A stretch of 64,000 nt of DNA from Amoebophrya sp. A120 (lineage: Eukaryota > Protista > Dinoflagellata). Shown in pieces: positions 1 to 12,700 of this stretch. The notes beneath the pieces are model-generated. The model searched no databases. It saw only the letters and a list, made by a program, of their open reading frames with translations, and had not been told where the DNA came from. The stretch's first letter is position 1. The number at the start of each line of letters is the position of its first letter. The position numbers were made by a program, and so were the translations under genes. The DNA lies in contig CAJINV010000013.1 of assembly GCA_905178155.1 (NCBI GenBank), forward strand, positions 2,972,158 through 3,036,157. Reading direction: 5' to 3'.

Positions 1-206
1 GCGTGTCATGCACTCCTGGAAAATCTGTGTTGCATGAGCAGCAAAACAGAGGCTTTCTTTGTCATGCAAAAACGCAATTTGTAATGCGTGCTAGGCATCA
101 GCAGACCTCTCAAAAACTTGTCATGCTTGGCTGCCATTGGAAGCGCTTCAATCATGCGCAATTCAGCATCTCAAGTTTCCAGACCCAGACATTTTTACAT
201 TTGATA
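1..206. mobile_element. Introner/MITE family A, right part only (truncated by window start)
   Basis: Ends TTCCAGACCCAGACATTTTTACATTTGATA at 206; CLC coding sequence resumes immediately after; internal sequence similar to 2058-2319 (inverted) and 5024-5272. Confidence 0.85.
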
Positions 207-3200
207 GCGCGGTCGGGGTGTTAATTTCCAGCATTTTTGTCGGCGTCGTGGTGTCCATGCTGGTGCCGGAGTGCAGCGGGGGCGGCACGATTTCCGTCCG
301 CGCGTGTATCGCGCTCGGGTCTTTCGTACCCGCGCACGTCGGACTGGCAAGATTTGCGCTGTCGGCGGTCTACATTGGGTTTGGCAATCCGCTCGGCGCG
401 GAGGCGCCGACGCTGCACATCTGCGCCGCGGTCAGTTGCTCGCTGTACTGGCTCTGTCAACAGTACCAGAAGATATCCGTCTACTTCCCGGCGGAGAACA
501 GAACCACGATGGTGATGTGTGATTTTGGAGGATGTGTGTAGAAGTCGTGTTTGGGTCTTGACGATGCTCTGCCTCGTGGTGCAGTCGTGTTGTGTCACGC
601 ACAAAAGTTTCATCCTGTGCATATGTGTATGAGTAGAGGATTTGGTCGTGAGTCGATTGTTCGCCGGTCCGAAATCTAAATCTTCCTTGTCGACAGGTTA
701 TCGTCGGCTGCACCTGCGGCCTCGCCGCAGCCTTTTCCGCCCCCATCGGCTCGATCCTGTATGCGATGGAGGAATTTCGGCACTCGCTCGGGGACAGCAA
801 CATGTACACCACTCTGATCACCACCGCGTCGCTTGTTGCCGTGGTTACCACGCAGTTAGTGGTCACGGGGAAGTTTTACGAAACGTGCGAGGGCGGCACG
901 AACGTCGGCAGGGGGAAGTGGGAGGTGTGCACCTGGTTGGCAGTGGCGACCCCGTTAGGGATTGCGGCAGGGTACGTCCCCTTACTCTTCACGAACTGTG
1001 TCCTGTCCCTCCGGTCGAGGTTGCGGAAATACGGGGTGATAAGGCAGATGGTGATCTCCGCCTTGACAACCACCCTGCTCGGAACCTTCTGCTACGAGGT
1101 CAGCCGGGCACTTTTGGTGGAGAAAGAGTTGTGTCCGAAGCAAAACCTCTGTGTGGACGCCGCGAGCAGTGGTGCCACAGCGTCGGCTTCGAGGGCGCTA
1201 CTAGCTGAAGATGAGCAAATAAGTACAGTAGGTACAACTTCATCCACGACGGCCGGGGAACTAGGTGCGGGTTTCTCATCAGCATCTTCCTCAAGATCAT
1301 CGCTAAGCACAATAATAGTACCCGGAAATACAGATACAACTCCCGCGTCTGGCGGCCTGTCCGCATTCTTTTCGTCCACAATAGGAACGATGAGTTCCTC
1401 ATTTTCGTCCTCAACATTTGAGAGGAGGACGCAGCAGAGCATAATAGAAGACACCGCGAGGCAGAGAATCGGTGGGATAGCAGCAGCAGGTGGCGATGAT
1501 GCAAAAATATCAGCTTCGACGAATGTATTTCCTCCAGAAACATCAGCAGGAGCTGCTCCTGCTCCGAGGAGACAACTCGCGTCGTTTGTGCCGTCTTGCG
1601 GCTGGGATGGGGTATGGGGTGCGGGTGGCAGGACGATGGAAGAAATCTTGAAACCAAGGCCGAGGCTAGACAACGACAGGTCGCTGATAATGCCCTTGTT
1701 GATTTGCTGCATCATGTTCTTTGCCTGCAAATTTATTGCGTGCCTCACGGCGGTGGCTTGCGGAGGTATAATTTAATTTGTTCACATTTTGACGACCTTA
1801 TGAAAGCAGAAGCACAGTACTTCAGCGACAATTCTCTTATCATGTCGACGCGGGCGACAAGGCAACAGAGCTGGTGCAGTGCGAGAACACGACCACCGTA
1901 GATGTAAGATACATAAAAATCACAAATAAAGGTAGCGGTGGCGTCTTTGCCCCCGCCCTGGTTCTCGGCGCCGGACTTGGCGGCGCCTACGGTGGGCTCC
2001 TCTCGTACCTTTTCGACGACGCCTACTACCAGCTGCTTTTCGTACCGGTCGGGATGGTATGGATTGCAAAAATGTCTGGGTCTGGAAGATTCTGAGACTT
2101 GTCATGCATGTTTTGCATTGGCCATGATGTCCGTGATGCATGCCCTAGCATCACAGATTTTTTGAGGGCTTCGCGATGCCTATTCCGCATGACAAATGCC
2201 CTCTCCGCGTAGCAAAAATTGCGTTCCCTTTGCTGCTCATGCAATACAGATTTTTTTAGAATCCAAGTGCAGCATCACAGGTTGCCTTCTTCCAGACCCA
2301 GACATTTTTACATTTGGTAGATGGCTGCGGTGTTTTCCGCCATGATCCGACTCCCCCTCACGTCGGTGGTCATTGTGTTCGAGATGACCATATCAAAAGG
2401 AAAAATGCCCCCTCCCCATATCGGAAGCGAAATTTGTGATGCTGTATTTGAGTACACAAATCGACTTGTATTGCTAGAAGGCCAGGAGACGCAGCTGCGG
2501 CCTGAATTGCAGGCAATTTGTCATGCTGTTTCCCACTTCCAGCTGCCTCCTGTCATGCTGGAGATGCAAGGCTTTCCCAAAGCTTGCCAGCACTACAGTC
2601 CGCATCTTTTGCCTTCTAGCATCACAAAGCTGATTTGTGACCACAAATCTGCATCACAGATTTCTGTTTTGATATGGGGAGGGGGCATTTTTCATTGTAA
2701 TAGACCAGCGTCGCGGGGTCGCAGGACTCGTCGAAATATCCTGAGTAAAAACGCCCCCATACCACAGTCAAGATTGATGGGAAATCTGCTAGACAAATCG
2801 GCCAACTTTGGTTGATTCGCATGAAGACAAGCGTGGCCTCGTAGTGTAATCCTGTTCAGCTAGTTCAGCAGCATCACAGGCCCAGCATATCATGCTATTT
2901 CTAGCGTCACAAATCCCAAGACACGACTAGAAAAGACTTCTCATGGGGCTTCGCATGAGAAACTTTTTTGGCATGCAGATTTGCATGACAGCTTCGGGGG
3001 TGGGATGGCTTTACTCAGAATACGAAACTGGTTTTCCCCATGTTGCTCTGTTCGATGATTTCCTACTTCGTCAACTCCGAGGTCCAACCCTCGACCATGT
3101 GGGATCATATGCCTTGCACGCGTTTCGGACTAGGATGGATTTTTGCATCACAGCTTTCAATATAGAAGAAAAACGGAATTGATTCGTATTGGGGGGAAAA

Positions 3201-5310
3201 GGTAGGAATAGGAAAGCAGAATTCTCTGCTTTTTTGCATTGATTATGTACTGCTGTGCTGCAAGTGATTCATCTTTCTAGTTCGATACTTTCGAGTCTAA
3301 GGCATAGAGCAGCTGATGGAGCAGGATAACATCGACCCGAAGTCTCTTCAGCAGTTTCTGAACGCCGCTTTGGAGAACCCCATCATGAGCCGCAGGTCGA
3401 TCCGGGCGAGCATTTGCAGTGTGAGTGCTGCGAACAACGACAACTTTCTTGGAGGAGGTAACAATGGCAATTTCGCCACGACCAACATGAACAATGCAGC
3501 GAACATGGGTTCATCTGCTGTCTCGGGTAACAACGAAATTGGAAATCAATTTGGGGCAGCCGCGACGAGGGTAAGCATGAGCCGAGGCATGGGCGGGGGC
3601 TTCAATCTGGAACGGTTCTCAATGCGAGGTATACTTTTTCATGTTTGTTTTCGCAAGGTCGTGGAGTCGTGTATCCATGCCGTGAAATAAGCAGATCATT
3701 GGAACACCGGGACCAGAAAGTCATTCTTCTCCTCAAACCGATCACTATCACTAATCTATCAGCATCTCTCGCCGCACCGATGAAGCGCGAGAACTCGGCC
3801 TTGAGTAGTGCGAGTTCGATTCTCCCTCGGAACTTCAGCAGCGCGAATGAGGGCGATATGACGGGAGGAATGCATCAGGACATGGTTAGAGAGGCACTGA
3901 AAAGGATTATTGCGAATCAGGTACTGAATACTATCCCTTGATGTTCTTGAGGTCGACATTAAGTTTGTCCTTGTCTCACACCAGCATGACGAGCATGAAG
4001 TTTTGATGTGCTACAGCTTCATCTAGAAGTACAGTATTTCGTGCTGCAACATCAAGGCCCACTGCGCCAAAAATAATTAAACCTGCCTTCCCAGCCCGCA
4101 GCCGCCCGCGACCAGCAAACGCTGCGGATGACGACTGGCGCGACGCCGAACGTTGCGGGGCAGAAACGGATGTCCCTGTCCAAGCCAAACGGAAACTACC
4201 AGGTCAAACAGAGCCGGTCCCAGGGGCCCTCGCGGCGCGAGTCAGCCGTGGCGTTCGTGCAGCAGAGGCTGAGCATGTATCCTGAGTAAAAACGTACCCA
4301 CGACAGAGTCAGGATGGGGATTTTGCAACACAAACCTAGGAGTTTTGTGAGTCACGCGTGACAAGTTGCACTCTGCAGTGTAGTGCAGGTTAGCAAGTGC
4401 AGCCGCATCACAGATTCATCTGCTCATCCTGTTCACAGCATCACAAATTCCAAAACACTATTGGAAATGGCTCTCATGGGGATGCGCATTACAAGTCTTC
4501 CTGTCTTTGCAAATCTGCATTACAACTCTGGCGTGGGTACGTTTTTACTCAGGATAGCATGGCCTTCGGCGCAACGTCTTCGAGCAGCGGTGCGAATAAT
4601 GGCGACGTGTCGCCGACCCAACAAGTGGACGCGATTCTGCAAAACGCGGGGCTGGTGAAGCAGCACAGCGTCACGGGGGCGATGGTTCCTCCGGGTGTAT
4701 CCTTCCTGGGCGGGGGAGGTGGCCCGGACCACCAGCAACGGGTGAGCGCCAACGGCAATTTGCCCCCGGCCTCTCCCCGAGACACGCTCACCAACGGGCA
4801 CAGCCAAACGCACATCAACTTTGAGGCGTCCATATGCATTGCAAAAGTATCGTACTCGTATAAATGCATTACAAATTTCCTCAGCGTGAGAAATAAAATT
4901 TGTAATGCGGATTTGCCTTAACAAGATGACTTGTAATGCATGACTGCAATACGAGCGCGATACTTTTGCACAGGATAGTCCACGACGAGTGCGATGCCTA
5001 TGAAATCCGTGTCCCACGCGAGCTATCAAATGCAAAAATGTCTGGGTCTGGAAGAACAACTTGTGATGCGCATTTCAGAACACAGGAAAATCTCTAATGC
5101 ATAGGCAGCAAAAGTTACCCACTATCTGTCACCAAAGTGGGGGGTTTGTCATGCGGATTCGGCATTGCGGAAGCTTCTCGAAACCTGTGATGGGAGAGCT
5201 TCCATGCCAGACCTTCTGTGTCATGCAAAAACAGCATGAGTCTTCCAGACCCAGACACTTTTACAGTTGATACGAGCCGGGAGTCGCGGACTGGCTCGTT
5301 TCGGTCCTGA
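207..5310 (+). CDS. CLC-family chloride channel/antiporter, multi-exon, 5' end outside window
   Basis: Spliced translation gives CLC motifs PECSGGGTI, GNPLGAEAPT, GLAAAFSAPIGSILYAMEE, GGVFAPAL, GMAAVFSAMIRLPLTSVVIVFEMT, LVFPMLLCSMISYFV. GT-AG introns at 512-696, 1766-1931, 3629-3762, 3921-4094 plus 8 inverted-repeat insertions. Stop TGA at 5308-5310. Confidence 0.88.
2058..2319. mobile_element. Introner/MITE family A, TSD GATGG
   Basis: About 30-bp TIR TATGGATTGCAAAAATGTCTGGGTCTGGAA / TTCCAGACCCAGACATTTTTACATTTGGTA; GATGG at 2053-2057 and 2320-2324; removal restores VGMAAVF. Confidence 0.93.
2391..2702. mobile_element. Introner/MITE family C, TSD GACCA
   Basis: TIR core GAAAAATGCCCCCTCCCCATATC / GATATGGGGAGGGGGCATTTTTC; GACCA on both sides; internal sequence closely matches 63209-63524; removal restores FEMTSVAG. 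Confidence 0.93.
2737..3022. mobile_element. Introner/MITE family D, TSD CGAAA
   Basis: TATCCTGAGTAAA ... TTTACTCAGAATA; CGAAA at 2732-2736 and 3023-3027; removal restores SKLVFPMLL. Confidence 0.9.
3108..3306. mobile_element. Aged introner, 8-bp TIR, imperfect TSD GATCA/GAGCA
   Basis: TATGCCTT ... AAGGCATA; removal of element plus 5 nt joins MW(D/E)QLMEQDN in frame. Confidence 0.75.
4278..4556. mobile_element. Introner/MITE family D, TSD GCATG
   Basis: Perfect 25-bp TIR TATCCTGAGTAAAAACGTACCCACG; GCATG on both sides; frame LSMAFGAT restored. Confidence 0.93.
4833..4977. mobile_element. Introner/MITE family E, TSD GTCCA
   Basis: TIR core TGCAAAAGTATCG..CTCGTAT; GTCCA at 4828-4832 and 4978-4982; frame EASTTSAM restored. 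Confidence 0.9.
5024..5272. mobile_element. Introner/MITE family A, TSD CGAGC
   Basis: Family A TIRs; CGAGC at 5019-5023 and 5273-5277. Confidence 0.92.
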
Positions 5311-6776
5311 AAGAACCGGAAGTCATGGAGACCATGCGCGAGAGACAGACGTCGTGGTGGTTTCCAGGGGAGGATTTTGTGTTTTCGCAGTTTGGTGTTT
5401 GCTATTCCCACTCAATTTCTTCGAGATCAGATGAAAGAATCGGTATCTCGTACTCGTTCGACAACAGGTGAATACTTTTTCATTTCAACTTTCGACAGTA
5501 CAACAGGGAAGGTATTAGACGAACAAATCTAGTGACGACGAGCAAAGTAGTGTACGTTTCGACATACTTCTAGACGAACAACATATGTTACTGTCTCCAG
5601 TATCGCAGTAAAGATTTTTCGCAAAAGTAATTAATGGTCAGGACAAGAACAAAAATGAAAATCAAAATCATACAAAAGCAGATTCAAGCAGATTATGAAC
5701 GGAGTGCAAAACTCCGGGCAACAAGTATTTAGACGCTTCTTGGTATTATGCTTTTCTTTTCAAAACAAGGTAAAGGGTCTTCAAATTTTCGGGCTGATTC
5801 ATCTCAAATCTTCCTTTCACAGACTTTCCGCGTAGTTGCAATGCGCCCTGGCACGAATCAGTGGCGAAGTAGAAAAAGGATTTCGCTAGTAGAGCAGAAT
5901 CGACGATTTGGGCACGATTTAACAACAGATTGTAGATACCCTTGCGCCAGCAGATCTTTCCGTCTCGATCTCGAGACTGAAGTTTCAGTCGAAAGAAATA
6001 TGCTTCTCATGTGTCTATTCGTCCTCGCGATAGGCTACGCGATCATTGCTGGGTGTTCTGTTTACATTTGTGTGAGACGGAATCCGCGCCTTGTAGGTAC
6101 AGAGCAGTCGGTCTCGTCGTCCTTTCTCCACCGTGCAAAAAAACGATGCAGTTTGTGTGCAGAATCTGCCGTTAGGTGTCAGTGTGCACCTCGTGCCCTC
6201 CTACGTAAACATCGGTCTTGTTCGTTCGCAAAACACGTCTGTTGCTTCCAAAGCTGCCACTCTCGGTTTTCGTACATTGTGTGCTTGCGTCGTTTTTTTT
6301 TTTTCGTGCAATCAAGGAAGATAAATATCATCGTCCGTAGCCGTACGCGTACCGGCACAGTGAAAGCTAGGTTGTCGTGTCTGACTGCGCAAAGTGGCGA
6401 GAGCCCTCTATTTCAACAAACGTTTTTTTTTTCAAATGTCCTCCTATCTGCAGTGAAAAAGGTCATTGACAACTCAGCTTACCCAAGACACTTGCTACTT
6501 ATCAATCCACTGCTGTATGGCTGCTAGAAACTTCTACGCTTCAGAAAGGCGCTCCTCCCCGTTTATAACCCATGTCTGTCTACATTTCCCTAGCAGCAGG
6601 CTATCGCTATCCCCATAAGCAGAAAAAATCCATATGAAGATGCGGATTCTGGCGTGGAGCGGCGGGCGCCTCTGGGACGATATGAATTTTCTTCCTGCCT
6701 ACAAGTGATTAGCCGAATTGGAATTACAACTTAGCAGGTTCTTTTTCCACCACGCTGACCAGGCACCCCGGGCAAG

Positions 6777-9700
6777 ATGGGTTGCTGTTCGTCCGCCATG
6801 CTTGGGGGCAAGGACGCCCTCAGTCTGCCGAAACGAACCAACAGCATGTACATGTACGACGAAAACTACGAAAAGCGGGACCAGGGTTCGTACACGCCGG
6901 CCAATTTTGACCCGAACAAAGCCAACAATTTAACCAAGAAAAAGGACAAAATTCTCATCTCCTGCGAAAAGTCCGCGCTCGTGCACGTATAATTTGCGGG
7001 TTTTTTTGTTGAAAAAAAATCATCCGACCTCTAATCATGAGTTATTACATCGAAGTAATAGTTGTACAGCCATCCTAGCATTGCGTGGGAAGAAATGTGT
7101 GAAGATTTTTTGCAATGAAAATTTTTCTTCGCCCAGAAGTACAACGACACACGCGATCCGAGTGAGACTTTTAAAAACGTACCATTTCTACTACTGATTT
7201 TACAGGTCCTGAAAACCGGGGTACTGCTGGAAGAATACCTGATCCGGAACAACGTCCGCGGGAAGCAAATCATAATTTCCTGCGTCGACGTGTCCGCGAA
7301 AGAGCCGAAGGACAGCAAGTACTACGACTACCGATGGCGCTGCAGCTCCTTCCGGTTCTTCGTCGAATCAGACGTGATCGCCTACATTCCCGTCGTCACG
7401 GACCTATCAAATGCAAAAATGTCTGGGTCTGGAAGAATGCAACTGGTCATGCTAAATCTGAAGCATGCAAAAATCTGTGTTGCATGATTACCACAAGTCG
7501 CCCAGTTTTGACCAAGTCGGGGGGGGAGTTTCTCATGCAGGATAGGCATGAGAGAGATGGCACAGAATCTGTCATGCTAGGCCCTGCATTGCAGACCTCA
7601 TGGGTCATGGAAAAGCTGCATGACAAATCGCGCATGCTTCCAGACCCAGACATTTTTGCATTTGATAGGACCGCTGGCTGAGCAAAAAGGCGACCCACTT
7701 CGAGCTCGCCTGGATATCCGAGGCGAAGATGCTCTGGCAGGCGGCGCACCTCGGCCAGGACAGTCACGACGGGGAAGATTTCGGCGATTTCGGTTCCAAC
7801 CTGTTCCCGGTCGCGATTTTGTCCCTCGCGTTGGACATCCAGGACGACGAGACGAAGGGACTGCAAAAGAAGACGAAGAAAAACAACAATAATAATCACG
7901 ACAATTCGCAAACCATTTCGAACAAAAACACCAAGGCATCCGGCGGTCGCACGGTTGGGGACGATTTGGAGAGGCGGAAGATCCTCGAGCGGTCCTCGGG
8001 CTACAACCACAACCTGCTCGTGTTGTCCTCGATCACGCAAAAGTGGGTGCGGCAGGACAAATCGAAGAGACAGCTGGGCGTCGCCGGGTTGAACCAGTTC
8101 AAGGATCCGCGATTCGTCATTTCCGGGAAGTTCACGGTGAAGACCATCGATCCGTTAGGCCGGGCGGAGAAGCCGGCCGGGAAAAACTCCGAGGAGAACA
8201 AATCGAACGACCCGGACATGTTCGCGCGGGAATTGTCGCACCACCTGCTGTTCTCCGCGTTCAAACAGGTCAGGTTAGAAAAGGTCGCGGCCGACGGGGG
8301 CGAGTACGAGCGGCAGTCGATCAAGTACCGGGCGGAAGCGGTGCGGAACGCGCTCGGGAAAAACTGCTCCGTCGACGAGGCGCACAGCGAGCCGGAGGAG
8401 GTGCTCACGTCCGCGCGAAGCCGAGGGGTGGTGAACTTCGACCTCGGGGGGGCTGGGGAGGATGAGAATGGAGAGAAAATGAAGCCGGGGTCGTCGAAAA
8501 TGCCGAAAAGGTCTGGGTCGCCGAAAATCCCCAGCATAAAGAAGAACAACTCGCTGTCAAAAGTCGTCGGCGTCGGGATCAATACGCCGAACCACGCGGG
8601 AAAAGGGATTTGCTCCGCGTCCGTGATCGGCCCCCTGGACACGGTTTCGGAGCCGAGTCCCAGAACGGATAGGTCGGTCGTTGGGGAGTTGTCGAGCTCG
8701 AGGAATAAGACGGCTGGTGTAGGGGAGAATGGTGCAGGAGGAACATCAGGAAATATTTCTAATCAGGACAAGAACCTGTTGAACTTCGAAACGCACTCGA
8801 AAATCACAGAGGAGGAGACTGCGACAACGATCACGGAGGAGGTCGCCGTGCCGGCGAACATGCCCCATTTGTACTTGAATTTCGCGGAGGCGAAGAAGCG
8901 CGGGCCGGGGAACAACAGTCCGCGCCTCAGCAAATCGCAGATTCGGGCGAGCCGCGCGGGCTCGAAGGCGAAGAGCACGGCGAGCGGGGAGGGAATGAAT
9001 GCGCAGGAAAAGGAGCAAGAACAGTCGCTGTCTGGGACGGACGCGGTGCTGAAAAGGATGTCGGAACAGATGGAGAGGGAAAAGCAGGAAAATAACGCCG
9101 TCGTTGTTGGTACACCGCCAGACCAAACAGGCACAGTAGACGAGAAAACCAATCTTAAGCCAGAGGCAGAACAAGTAGATGATCCAGCGGACCTCCAGCC
9201 CGGCAATTCGCCCCGCGACCCGAGTAAAGAAGTTCCGTTGGAGCTCAACCTCGACACCCCAGCACAAACCTCCAACCCGGCGCACTCGACCACGACGGAA
9301 CTCCAACTGGCGAAGTCGCAAAACCGCCGCCCCACGCCGCTCCGCTCCCCGCTGGGGCAGTTCGCACCGGGGGATAGACTGGTGATCCACTCGCTGGAGT
9401 CGAACCCGGAGTACAACGGAAATTTCGTGAAAGTCCTCTCTGTTCAGTCCGCCGACATGATCGAAGTTGTGGTGCCGACGCAGGGCAATGAGCGGCTGTT
9501 CATCCCACCCGCGAACCTCGCTCCGTTACAGGACCCGAAGGCGATGTTCCCCGCCTTAACGCCCTCCGCGCACGGGTCGTTGAGCCCCGTGAGCCGGCAC
9601 GTGTCCAGCCCGACGATGCGGGGATTTGGGTCCGCGCTTGACAACAAACTGTTCGCCATGAACCCGGATAGTGAGGACGACGATGACGATTTCTTCCTGG

Positions 9701-12700
9701 AGGAGTCGGATTCGGATATAGACATTCCAGAGCAATTACTCACCGAGGCGATCAATCGGGATAGATTGTACGCGGAGCGATTCGACGAGAACGGGGAGGA
9801 GGTAAAGAAGGTTCCCGATGGAAATATAAATAAAGGGATGAACAACCAGCAAAATCATCTGGAAAAGACGATGGAGGATTTTCTCCCGCCTATCTACTGC
9901 CCCATAGACATCGAGAAGCTGGCACAGCAGCTGCCGACGAATTTCGGTACACCCGTGCATTTGGGACAGAGTAAGGGAAAGAAGAAGTCTCTCGGCTCGA
10001 CCTTGTTGGAAGAGGGAGAGGAAGATGATAATAATATCCAGGTCGTTGTAGCGCAGCCACCGGGCATGCCGGTGATTCCCAAGAAGAAACTACCCGAAAC
10101 AGTACTATCGCCGGAAGTGGAAAAGGAAAAAGAGGAGGAAAAGGTTCGAGAACAGAACGCAACAAGTAAATCCAAGTACAACACTTCCGTGGCGCCGACA
10201 GCAAATAACGAGGAAGACGACGACCCGGGAGTGTCGGATCTCGACCTTTCCAACACCGCCTTAGACCCCGGGCTGGCGGATATCGACACCGGGAACTTGA
10301 TGCGGGAGCACTACCTCCGGAAGGGTTTGGAGGCAGTGTACGGAGAGAATAACGTGCCGCGGGAGCTTATCGCAAGAAAAAAGTGTTACAGTTACACATT
10401 GTGTTGCAAGAGCGGCAACACAGACAACCTTTCTCATGCAGGAAATGCTTCGGAGCCTCGTTTCCTTCCTGTTTTCCCTTATGATCTTCGCATTACAAGT
10501 TTTCTCTGCCAGGCAGAGAAAATTTGTGATGCCGAAACTCCAACAAGTGTGTAACTGTAACACTTTTTTCTCATGATAGAGCTGATCCAGGCGAGTTTGA
10601 ATGACACGAGAATGCAGCGCGGGAAGTTCTCTGTCCCCGGAGGAGCGAAGACGAACATCGGGGGACACCAGACAGCTGCAGACAGCACCATCCGGTCCGC
10701 GTCCACCGTGAACGAAAATAATGCCGAATTGAAACAGACCGGGGCGTCGTTGCCGACGAACAGTAAGTCTATGAACACCGCTTCTGGGCAGCAAGTCGCG
10801 CCGGAGGACTTCGGGTTACCGAGTCTGGCGAAGATGCAGACCACGGAGCACGCGAAGCGGCCGGTGCCGTTTCCGTTGAACCTAGGGCAAGAGACCAAGC
10901 AGGAGACGAAGAAGATGGACATGAGCCAGGTGGTGGTTTTGTCGGACACGGTCGGGAACGGGCTAGTCGGCTTGCTCGGCGCGGTCAACGAGGAAAACGG
11001 GAATTTGCAGCCAAATTTGTCCTCAGCCACCTCTCCGGTGAACGAAGAAAACGAAAACTCCGATCCGGACATCGAAGACACGATTTTGAAGCCGCTGTCC
11101 ACCGAGGAAGTCGCGAAGAGGAAGGAACTCGCTTTGCAAACGAACAAAAACCTCTTCGCGCCCATTGGGGGTGGGAAGGTCGGAACTGGCAAAACTTCGC
11201 CGCCGCAGCCGCCCAGTCCGCCGGACGAAAGCAAAGGAGTACAGCAGGAGCAAGCAACTATGCCTGGGCCGAGACTCTCCTCCGGTCGCATGGACGAGAG
11301 CCGGTCTTCGTCGAAATCCGGGTCGCAGTCCTTCACGCCGCCCAAGGCCCCGGCCGGAATCAGACCGCCGTCGTTGGGCGCGCAACATGGAGCGACGTCT
11401 CGACCGGGCAGCGCGTCTATGGACGAGCAAACCTCTTTTTCCACGCAGCAACAGAGAACTTCTACAGGATCTTCCAAGCCGAGGTCCGTCCCCTTCGCGC
11501 TCGACATGCACAACGTGAACGACCCGCGCGCGCAGTTCCTGGAGACCATCGTGGGATTGGTCGTTCGGCCGCCGATCAAGGACATGGGGTCGGAGGACCA
11601 CCGGTTCCCGTCTTCCGTCATCGACGAGACCATCGAGGACAGCAGCAGCAAGAAGCGGCACTTCTACTCCGCCTTTATCGACGGCTCCATCACCCGGGAG
11701 ATCCCGAAGCAGTTCCGCGGCAAGAACTTCCAGTGGCACTTCTTGGCGGAGCTGCGGAACTCCTTTCTGAACAAAAACATCGTCGTAAGAGAGAACGAAA
11801 AAGACACGAAGCCGGACGAGCCGGACCGGGACAAGGAGGAAACGTTCGCGACGCAGAAAATTGTCGAGAATCTGCATGAATTACTGGAAAAGGACAACAC
11901 GAAGATGGTCTGCTACAGCACGGACATTTCCAAGCGGGAGAAGTACAAGGCGCTCGAGGAGGTGGAGAAGATTTGCCAAACGTACAAAACGCTGAAAAAC
12001 TCTTTGGCCAAGCACCGCGCGGACGAGCTGGCCGGGTACTTTGGCTACGACTGGCACCCGGATAACAAGGCGAATTTGTTACTCTACTCCGAGTACATCG
12101 ACGGGGGGACGGTCCATGACCGAATTCAGCTGAAAAGACTGGCGAACCGAAAGGAGATCATGCGGAACGAGCTCGCATTTTCGAAGTTGACCAGCGACCA
12201 GCAAGCCATGTACGGTTTGAGCGAGAAGGAAGCGCACTTTATCCTGATCCGGGTGCTGCGGGGCTTGGAGCAGCTGCACTACCTCGACATTTGCCACGGT
12301 GCGCTGCGGGCGTCCAACGTCGGAATCAATCGGCGGAGTGGCCGCGTGCAGCTGTTGGACTGGGGGATGTTTGATCTGCGGAAGTACTGCAACGACGAGG
12401 GGAAAACCTGGAAGGCGAAAAATTGTCGGTGGATCGCGCCGGAGTGCCTGCCTGATTTCGGGCCGGGAAGGGGAAGCAACTTCTCGAAGGGAAGCGACAT
12501 CTGGAGCTTGGGATGCTTGGTAAAAATGATTTTTAAATTTCCTGTTTGTTTCAGTTTTGGTCATACTACGTGGCATGAAAAACATCACTCAGATCTATCG
12601 CCATGCTGCGTGTAATAGCATCAAGACATAAAGATTTTGTGCTACACTTGTTCCACGCATTTTTTTTTTACCAACAAGAAACTCACACAAACAGCTCCTT

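Noticed and set aside
6334-6345. Dinoflagellate spliced-leader relic (CCGTAGCC)
   Set aside because: Only 8 nt match and the rest of the leader is absent.
5748-6527. 259-aa ORF as a gene
   Set aside because: Composition is not coding-like and there are no motifs; probably intergenic.
12517-12674. TTGGTAAAAA / TTTTTACCAA inverted repeat in the kinase intron as an introner
   Set aside because: The right arm is about 20 nt from the acceptor, there is no flanking direct repeat, and the intron is ordinary GT-AG; could be chance.
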